Positions 57,555 through 64,000 of a stretch of DNA of 64,000 nt are shown piece after piece (positions within the stretch are counted from its first letter, which is position 1; every line of letters begins with the position of its first letter). The stretch covers positions 3,636 to 67,635 of the forward strand of contig JAZDEY010000082.1 of assembly GCA_043808325.1 (NCBI GenBank), written 5' to 3'. Origin of the DNA: Candidatus Eiseniibacteriota bacterium (lineage in GTDB: Bacteria > Arandabacterota > Arandabacteria > Arandabacterales > Arandabacteraceae). Made by a program: the position numbers and the translations under genes. The notes beneath the pieces were generated by a model that saw only the letters and a program-made list of their open reading frames with translations, ran no database searches and was not told the DNA's origin.

Positions 57555-60500
57555 ATGCTGAGGCAAGTCGTTTTCGCAATGACAGTCGTGCTTTCTCTCC
57601 TGGCATTTAGTTCGCTGGGATTTGGCTTTCTTCCACCCGGGAAGGCTTCAATCGGCTCCTCGGAGGAAGTGCGGACCTTGAGCGAGCCGGTGCCTCCTTC
57701 AGCCCGTGCCGCTTCGGAGTGGCGGACCTTCACTGCTACCGAGGGTGAAGACTTCGCGGCTGCTTGGAATCCCGTCACGGGAACACCACACCGCATCCGC
57801 GGCAAGGGCATCAGGATCGCCGACGCGGTGACCGAGGCCAACGTCGCTGGCCTTGCCGGCGATTTCGTCCGGTCCCAGGCAGGCCTGCTTGGAGCGGACC
57901 CCGGCAGTCTCCGCCTGCTCACCAGCGAGAAGCACGGCACGAGATGGTACGTGGATTATCAGCAAACCTATCGCGGTCTTGACGTCGTCGGAGGCAGGGT
58001 TCACGTGAGGCTTCTCGAAGGCGGGACAGTCACCACCTTCGGGTCGGATTTCTATCAGGATATTGCTGTCTCCCCGATTTCATCGCTTTCCGAGGATGCG
58101 TGCCTTGCGGCTGCCAAGAATGACGTTGGCTTTGATTCGCGAACCGACACAGTTCTATCAACACGCCTGATGGTACTGCCGATCGCCCGAGGCAACTCGG
58201 CAACCTACTACCTGGCCCGCGAGGTGAGACTCAAGATAGAGTCCGACCCGGCAGCGGGTCGCGAGCCCGCCATCTGGAGAACTTACGTGGACGCCGGTTC
58301 CGGCGAGATCCTCGTCAAGCACAACGAGATCTACTACGATACGATCTCCGGGACGGTATCCGGCTATATCAAGCCCCTGTACATCACCGATGCCGACCAA
58401 CTGACGAACTTCGCCGATCACCATGTCACCATCACCGGGTACCCGCAGGCAACCGCCGATCAGACTGGCCACTACTCCATTGAGGTCGGAACCGGCGGCA
58501 TGCGTTATTTCTCCACGGCAATCAAGGGCAGATGGGCGGCGGTATCCAACTCGTACGGCGCTTCTGCGGCCTTCCGCGACTCTACGCCGCCGGGAACACA
58601 AAAGGATGTAATCTGGAGATCGACCAATTCGCTCGCAAGCGAACGCAACGCCTACTATCACGCCTGGATTGCCCACGACAAGATAAGGAGCATCGATCCA
58701 GCCTTTACCGGCATGGACCGGCAGACGCCGGTCAGCGTCAACCAGCAGAACTACTGCAACGCCTACTGGGACGGCAACGGCATCACTTTCGGCGCAGGCC
58801 AGGGCTCGTGCCAGGACCTGGCGATGTTCGCCGACGTCATGTACCACGAATACGGCCACGGGATAGCCGACAAACAGTATTCCCCGCTGGCTCCGAGCGG
58901 AGCGATGCACGAGGCCTTCGCGGACTACTACGCTTGTACCATAACCGGCGAGCCCTATATCGGCGAAGGCATCGCCGGACCGGGCAGCTATTTCAGGACG
59001 ATCGACAACACGCTCAGGTATCCGGACGATTTGACGGGCGAGGTTCACGATGACGGCCGCATACTGGCCGGCGCCCTTTGGGACCTGAGAGAATCGCTCT
59101 CACCCGATGTCCATCTTGCCGATTCCCTATTTCACTTCGCCAGATACGGTAAGGCGGACAATTTCTTCGATTACTATTACGACGTTCTTGAGACCGATGA
59201 CGACGACGGCAATCTTGCCAACGGGACCCCGCATTACTATCAGATTCTCGATGCCTTCGGCAAACATGGGATCGGTCCCGGGCTCTATATCGATATAGCC
59301 CAGACGCCCGTTCAGGATTCGGAGGACTCCACCTCCACCTACCCGGTAGTTGCCACAATAACCTCCAACATGGCCCTCGACCCTGATTCGCTTCTCCTCC
59401 ATTACTCCATCGACGGCACGTGGACGGTGCTCACCATGGTGCCGACCGCAAACCCCAATGAATACTCGGCCGCAATTCCCCACCAACGGTACGGAAAGAC
59501 GGTCAGCTATTACATCTATGCAAAGGCCGATGGACGCAGCAACTCTGCCACCTCTCCTGCGGGTGCGCCCTCAGTCCTTCACGTCTTTGGGATCGGCCGG
59601 GACACGATAGCCCCGACGATCGCCCACACTCCCCTCGGCGATCAACCCGATGCAGGCTGGCCCTCCACGGTTGCGGCCACGGTGACCGACAACCTCGGGC
59701 TCGCCTCTGTGACACTCGAGTACTCCAAGAACGCTCAGGCTCAACCGGCTATCGCTATGACCCGTGTCGAGGGAACCAATGATTATCGAGCGACCTTCGC
59801 CGTTGCTGCATCGGCAGGGGATTACATCGAGTATAGAATTGTAGCGATCGACGCCTCGGCAGCCGCCAATACCAGCACCGACCCGCCGGCAAGCTACCAC
59901 GTCTTCGTGATCGCGGACGCATACTACTACGCGTTTGAGACGGGCGTCGAGGGCTGGACGCACTACGCGGCAAATTACTGGACCGACCAGTGGCACCTGT
60001 CAGCGACAAGAAATCATACGCCCGGAGGGGGAACCAGCTGGAGGTGCGGCGACACAGGGACCGGCGACTATGCGGCTCATCTCCATGCGCTTCTTGAAAC
60101 ACCTACCGTTCAAATCGGCCCGAATTCCCAGCTGACCTTCTGGTACTGGATGGATGCCGAGTCCTACCTACCGCTTGAGGGATCGGGACTGGCCTGGGAC
60201 GGAGGCGCACTTTCGCTCGTGGACTCGGCCGGCAAGGCGACCGTGCTCGATCCCGTGGGTGGTTATACCTATGAGATCCTTGCTGATTCCGATGCGCCTT
60301 TTACGGCCGGTAAACCCGTGTATTCGGGTCACGAGAGTGGCTGGAGGATGGCACTGTTCGATCTGTCGCGCTATCAGGGCTCGGGCAAGATACGGTTCAA
60401 GTTCGGCTCCGACATGGCTGTCGGCTTCGAGGGCTGGTATATCGATGACGTCATGATATGGAGCAGCGGCACCTCGTCCGGCGTAGGCGGCTTGTGCGAC

Positions 60501-60809
60501 AACACGTGCCAGAATCCGGGGCTGCCGGTACATTGCAGCCTCGGTAACGCGCTGCCCAATCCCGCCAGCGGCAGGACCGGCATTTCCTACTCGGTTGCCT
60601 CGCCCGGCTCTCATGTGGCAATCAGGGTGTTCGACGTGAGAGGGCGCCTTGCCGCGAATCTGGTCGATGAAACCAAGATCCCGGGCCGCTATGCGGCTAC
60701 CTGGGACGGCCGGGATCTCAGCGGCGCCCAGGTGTCGCCGGGAATCTACTTCATCAGGATGGAGACCAAGAACTTCAAGGCAGCTTCTAAGCTGGTGCTT
60801 GTGAGATAA
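57555..60809 (+). CDS. secreted Glu-zincin metalloprotease (M4/M36 thermolysin-fungalysin-like) with T9SS-type C-terminal sorting domain
   Basis: Signal peptide; propeptide-like N region; MYHEYGHGIAD (HExxH) + MHEAFADYYA (third Zn ligand Glu); C-terminal about 90 aa LGNALPNPASGRTGISYSVASPGSHVAIRVFDVRGRLAANLVDE...GIYFIRMETKNFKAASKLVLVR. Confidence 0.7.
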   Translation: MLRQVVFAMTVVLSLLAFSSLGFGFLPPGKASIGSSEEVRTLSEPVPPSARAASEWRTFTATEGEDFAAAWNPVTGTPHRIRGKGIRIADAVTEANVAGLAGDFVRSQAGLLGADPGSLRLLTSEKHGTRWYVDYQQTYRGLDVVGGRVHVRLLEGGTVTTFGSDFYQDIAVSPISSLSEDACLAAAKNDVGFDSRTDTVLSTRLMVLPIARGNSATYYLAREVRLKIESDPAAGREPAIWRTYVDAGSGEILVKHNEIYYDTISGTVSGYIKPLYITDADQLTNFADHHVTITGYPQATADQTGHYSIEVGTGGMRYFSTAIKGRWAAVSNSYGASAAFRDSTPPGTQKDVIWRSTNSLASERNAYYHAWIAHDKIRSIDPAFTGMDRQTPVSVNQQNYCNAYWDGNGITFGAGQGSCQDLAMFADVMYHEYGHGIADKQYSPLAPSGAMHEAFADYYACTITGEPYIGEGIAGPGSYFRTIDNTLRYPDDLTGEVHDDGRILAGALWDLRESLSPDVHLADSLFHFARYGKADNFFDYYYDVLETDDDDGNLANGTPHYYQILDAFGKHGIGPGLYIDIAQTPVQDSEDSTSTYPVVATITSNMALDPDSLLLHYSIDGTWTVLTMVPTANPNEYSAAIPHQRYGKTVSYYIYAKADGRSNSATSPAGAPSVLHVFGIGRDTIAPTIAHTPLGDQPDAGWPSTVAATVTDNLGLASVTLEYSKNAQAQPAIAMTRVEGTNDYRATFAVAASAGDYIEYRIVAIDASAAANTSTDPPASYHVFVIADAYYYAFETGVEGWTHYAANYWTDQWHLSATRNHTPGGGTSWRCGDTGTGDYAAHLHALLETPTVQIGPNSQLTFWYWMDAESYLPLEGSGLAWDGGALSLVDSAGKATVLDPVGGYTYEILADSDAPFTAGKPVYSGHESGWRMALFDLSRYQGSGKIRFKFGSDMAVGFEGWYIDDVMIWSSGTSSGVGGLCDNTCQNPGLPVHCSLGNALPNPASGRTGISYSVASPGSHVAIRVFDVRGRLAANLVDETKIPGRYAATWDGRDLSGAQVSPGIYFIRMETKNFKAASKLVLVR

Positions 60810-60826
60810 CCCCGGCGCGAGGGGCA

Positions 60827-61636
60827 TCACCCTTGCGGGGCCTCGGGTTCGCACAGCTTGCCGTAGAACTCCGGCCTGCGGTCGTTGAGGACGTGATTGG
60901 CGGGGGTCACGGTTTTCCGATCGGCCAGCGCCGAGTCAATCTCGATTATCTGGATTACCTCATCCCGGCCGGCGCGCACCAGTACCTCGCCGGCAGGACC
61001 TATGATCTGACTGGTGCCGATGAACGCGAGCTCCAGACCTGCTCGCGCTTCCATCCCGACTCGATCTGCGGTGATCGCGAAGACCCTGTTCTCCAGACAC
61101 CGAGTGATCATCGCTTGAGGGCAGTACCCGAGTACTAGATTCGCCGGATGGCATAGGATCTGGGCGCCCATAAGGGTAAGCACACGGGCGGTCTCGGGGA
61201 AGATCCAGTCAAAGCAGATCATCAGCCCGAGTTTGACTCCATTAACATCGACGACGGAAAAGCCTCGGTCTCCTGGCGTGAATAGGTCCTTCTCCCGGTC
61301 GAAGAGATGGATCTTTCTATAGGACCCGATGACCTCGCCGCGGGAAAAGACGAAGCAGGAGTTGTAGCAATTGGCGCCATCGCGTTCGGCAAGGCCCGCA
61401 ACTATCGTTGCCCCGGTCTTGCCGGAGAGATCGCCCAGGAAAGCAAAGGTTTTGTTTCCCGATTCCTCGGCCAGAGCAAGCAGCTCTGCCCGCGACTCAA
61501 AGATGTAACCGGTCGAGCAGAGCTCCGGCAGCACGACGAGATCCGCATTGGCGCCATCGAGGAATTCCGCCACTCTGGTGAGATTGGCATCCTTCTCGCC
61601 GAAGGCCGGCGCAAACTGTAAGTATCCGACTCTCAT
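60827..61636 (-). CDS. carbon-nitrogen hydrolase (nitrilase superfamily)
   Basis: Catalytic E-K-C triad contexts VLPEL, YRKIHLF, GLMICFD. ATG at 61636; the track start at 61639 is GTG. Confidence 0.85.
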   Translation of the reverse strand: MRVGYLQFAPAFGEKDANLTRVAEFLDGANADLVVLPELCSTGYIFESRAELLALAEESGNKTFAFLGDLSGKTGATIVAGLAERDGANCYNSCFVFSRGEVIGSYRKIHLFDREKDLFTPGDRGFSVVDVNGVKLGLMICFDWIFPETARVLTLMGAQILCHPANLVLGYCPQAMITRCLENRVFAITADRVGMEARAGLELAFIGTSQIIGPAGEVLVRAGRDEVIQIIEIDSALADRKTVTPANHVLNDRRPEFYGKLCEPEAPQG

Positions 61637-61964
61637 CACTGATCCTCGCTATACAGCGGCCGCTGACCCGACTCCTTTCCCGACCACCCTCGATACCCCG
61701 TCAGGCAACGATGCGTCCGGTCTCCGCTGAGAGTTTTCACGCCCCACTTGCGGAATTCCTCCCACTCCGAGGCCGAGAACACCCGCAGGTACTCCTCTCC
61801 ACCTACCACAAAACTTAACATATCTCGTTACAGAGAAACAAGTTCTAAGATTCAGCCGTGCCGGGGCTGCGATATCCCGATCTGGCATGCTTAGTGCTTT
61901 TTGGGTCAACCGAACTTGGGTCGTGCAAAGGCACCCCCGCAGATGAGAATTGCGGCTAGCAAGT

Positions 61965-62028
61965 CTGGGGACTCGCTCAAAGCCCCACGCGCCAAGGTGC
62001 TCCAGCAATAGACAGAGCGAGTCCCCAG
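61965..62028. promoter_or_regulatory. perfect 14-bp inverted repeat CTGGGGACTCGCTC-N36-GAGCGAGTCCCCAG in the leader of the 62056 gene
   Basis: Read directly; ends 27 nt upstream of the AAAGGAG RBS/ATG at 62056. Confidence 0.3.
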
Positions 62029-62055
62029 CACCTCCTCAAAGGAGAGCGAAGGAAA

Positions 62056-62838
62056 ATGGCAGCCCAGAGATCTGATTTTGATAAGGACGGCCTTCTCAAG
62101 AAACCGACGCAGTTTCTCATGCTGAATTGCCTGCTGCTTACGCAAGTAGAGGAAGCCGAGGTAACCGATGCCCAATCTGGCTGCAGAGAAGATCACCGCT
62201 TCGAAGAAGAGGTTAGCTCATACCTTGAGAATCTGTTAAGAGCCTTCTCAGATCCCCCAACGGCGGAACATCTGAAACCCTATCTTTTCGACTATGACAT
62301 CGAGGTCATGAGAAGGCTCGAGACCGCCGAGGACGTCAGCGTCAAATACATGATAGCGACAGCCGAGCGCGATCTTCTGATAGTCGCTGTGGCGGTTTTC
62401 GAGGGCGCCGACCAAGCCGATGTCCCATCAGAAGCGGAGTTCAAGCATGGAACCCAGGGCCAGATGGGAAGAGGCCAGTCCCATTACCACTTCGCCTTCT
62501 CCTACTCTAACAAGGTGGTCGACGCGAAGCAGGCGGTGGCCTCGCTGCTGGGCAAGTTCTCTATCGGGCTTGAGAAGTACACGACCATACTCTCGTATGT
62601 GACCAACGGACCCGTTGATGTTGCGGCCAAGTTCGCCAACGCCGATATCTATCACCTGGCCCGCTCGGTCGCGACCACCGGCCGGCATATTCGCCTTGAA
62701 TATAAACAGAACGAGTTTCTTGACGCTTACCTCGAGTGGAGACAGCGCCGCACAGAAGACGCAAAGCAGCGGGTGCTCAGCATTGCGGACGAACTAAGAG
62801 AGATGGACCCGACCTTCTCCTACACGCCTGAGGCTTAG
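62056..62838 (+). CDS. hypothetical protein (260 aa), no recognised domain
   Basis: Good RBS AAAGGAGAGCG; ORF fills the intergenic space; no motifs identified. Confidence 0.4.
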   Translation: MAAQRSDFDKDGLLKKPTQFLMLNCLLLTQVEEAEVTDAQSGCREDHRFEEEVSSYLENLLRAFSDPPTAEHLKPYLFDYDIEVMRRLETAEDVSVKYMIATAERDLLIVAVAVFEGADQADVPSEAEFKHGTQGQMGRGQSHYHFAFSYSNKVVDAKQAVASLLGKFSIGLEKYTTILSYVTNGPVDVAAKFANADIYHLARSVATTGRHIRLEYKQNEFLDAYLEWRQRRTEDAKQRVLSIADELREMDPTFSYTPEA

Positions 62839-63243
62839 AACACGATCCCCGAGCAGGCCACGCGAACAAAGACCGGCAGCTAAAAAAATCCCCGCCACGA
62901 GCCGCGTGTCCAGTAATTCTGATTCCCGGATATTCCAGGTGGGTGCCCTCACACACGCGTCAAGTTTTCTGGTAGGTTCCAGACTTACAATCGACGTGAG
63001 AATCTGGGCTCCCCAATGTTAAGCTGTTGGCTCAGAATTCGCTGGCAGCATCGCGAGCAACGGCAGGGATTTTTATCGTTATTCGGTTTTCAAATCCTGA
63101 TTCTTACTGTGATTATACCAACCGTGGGTGCCTGAAGTCAATCATTCCTGCGAGCAGCCTTCGCAATCTTCCAACGGAATTATTGACTTAGAATGATGAA
63201 AGTGCTATGGCGACGCTGCACGGTGCGACTCGCCTGGCCCGCA

Positions 63244-64000
63244 TCAATCGTCCATCGGCCCCGTCGATTCCAGCACTCGCTCTGCCGAACTGGCTCCCAC
63301 CCCTTCATATAGCGAGCCCACCAGCACCCGGAAATTGATGTTGAGCCGGGCCTTCGCACATGATGTCACCCAGTCGTCCTCCTGTCCGTCCCCATCGGTG
63401 TCGCGGCAGCAATAGCATTCACAGATCTTGGAGCCTGCTAGGTCGGCAGTTATCCCACCCTCAATCGCCTGGGTCAGCTCCTTCCCATATTCCTCAAGGA
63501 AAAGATCGCCGAAATCGGTGATGCCGCAATTGCATGGAGCGAACTCAGGTCTGCCTTGGATCGTGAAGCTCATGGGATTGTAGTCGGTGTTGTGATAATT
63601 GCAGAGGTATCTGGTTGTCACATAGGCTGCAGCGGCATAGCGGGTGTACCCGCTACACCCGATCACATCCATGGCTCCCAGATCGAACTGGCCGGTGCCG
63701 CCAAGCCTGGTGTCGATAATGATCTCGATGCCATCAAAGGCAATGCCCGACGTGATTCCGGCTATGTCAATCACCTGACCGGGACCGGGCCCGCTGGGGC
63801 AGGGCCATCCGGGGCTCAGCTTCCGTGCGCCTATTGTTGCAGCGGTGAAACTAAGCTCCGTCTCGTAGGTGCCGTCGGCATTCATATCAAGCTGAACCGT
63901 CCCCTCCATCCTGCCCTTGGGCTTCATCAGGAGATCGCGCGGAGCGCTGATGCTGTGATCCTGCTCCACGGTGACCTGAATCGAATCAGGGTAGTAATCC
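63244..64000 (-). CDS. hypothetical Cys-rich protein with DxDxDG-like acidic cluster; N-terminus lies beyond the window end
   Basis: Reading frame stays open to position 64000 upstream of the GTG at 63969; contains CECYCCRDTDGDGQEDD. Confidence 0.35.
   Translation of the reverse strand, partial: DYYPDSIQVTVEQDHSISAPRDLLMKPKGRMEGTVQLDMNADGTYETELSFTAATIGARKLSPGWPCPSGPGPGQVIDIAGITSGIAFDGIEIIIDTRLGGTGQFDLGAMDVIGCSGYTRYAAAAYVTTRYLCNYHNTDYNPMSFTIQGRPEFAPCNCGITDFGDLFLEEYGKELTQAIEGGITADLAGSKICECYCCRDTDGDGQEDDWVTSCAKARLNINFRVLVGSLYEGVGASSAERVLESTGPMDD

Noticed and set aside
58158-59048. 296-aa minus ORF
   Set aside because: Antisense to the metalloprotease gene.
61636-61821. 61-aa minus ORF translationally coupled (ATGA) upstream of the C-N hydrolase
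   Set aside because: No recognisable features and it competes with a plus-strand ORF; kept out of the feature list as unsupported.
1-64000. CRISPR arrays, IS elements, rRNA/tRNA genes
   Set aside because: Scanned intergenic regions by eye: no direct-repeat/spacer arrays, no transposase-like ORFs, no rRNA or tRNA signatures found.

Overview
High-GC 64-kb window (about 60% GC by eye, not computed), densely coding, most likely from an uncultivated anaerobic bacterium. A secreted protease carries a T9SS-type C-terminal sorting domain, which points to an FCB-group-like lineage (inference). All calls rest on manual translation and motif recognition; no database searches were run. Content left to right: a partial 2Fe-2S/FAD oxidoreductase, a P-type cation ATPase, envelope genes (secreted protein, GT4 glycosyltransferase, AhpD-like), then nitrogen assimilation (gdhA, glnA) with an orphan AmrS-type radical SAM enzyme and a rubrerythrin-like gene between them, a PhoA-like alkaline phosphatase and an NhaD/ArsB-type permease. 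The dominant feature is a 17-gene minus-strand operon (14451-26952) encoding a group-4 energy-converting [NiFe]-hydrogenase. Its catalytic module (NuoH/B/C/D-like) is followed by a complete Mrp antiporter gene set (mrpA split, B-G in canonical order) embedded before the NuoI-like ferredoxin gene, preceded by an AsrA/AsrB (sulfhydrogenase beta/gamma)-like NAD(P)H/FAD/FeS module and a polyferredoxin, and followed by a HycI-type maturation protease. Downstream lie a beta-helix secreted protein, a ZIP metal transporter, a PAS-like protein, a 924-aa NPP-like phosphodiesterase-TPR fusion, a lone tyrosine recombinase and an O2/NO detoxification cluster (wrbA, flavin-reductase-rubredoxin fusion, flavodiiron protein, rubrerythrin-like). 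Then come a methyltransferase, a membrane protein, a hybrid histidine kinase with a REC-HisKA partner, a Liv-type branched-chain amino-acid ABC transporter, a beta-CASP MBL hydrolase, a sulfatase-fold enzyme whose fGly position is Thr, a LolA-like/retropepsin/PDZ protease, an ArsR regulator with a Cys-rich coiled-coil tail plus a paralogous mini-ORF, a GT-C-like membrane protein, a 1084-aa M4/M36-like metalloprotease with T9SS C-terminal domain, a C-N hydrolase and hypothetical proteins. No rRNA, tRNA, CRISPR array or transposase was recognised.
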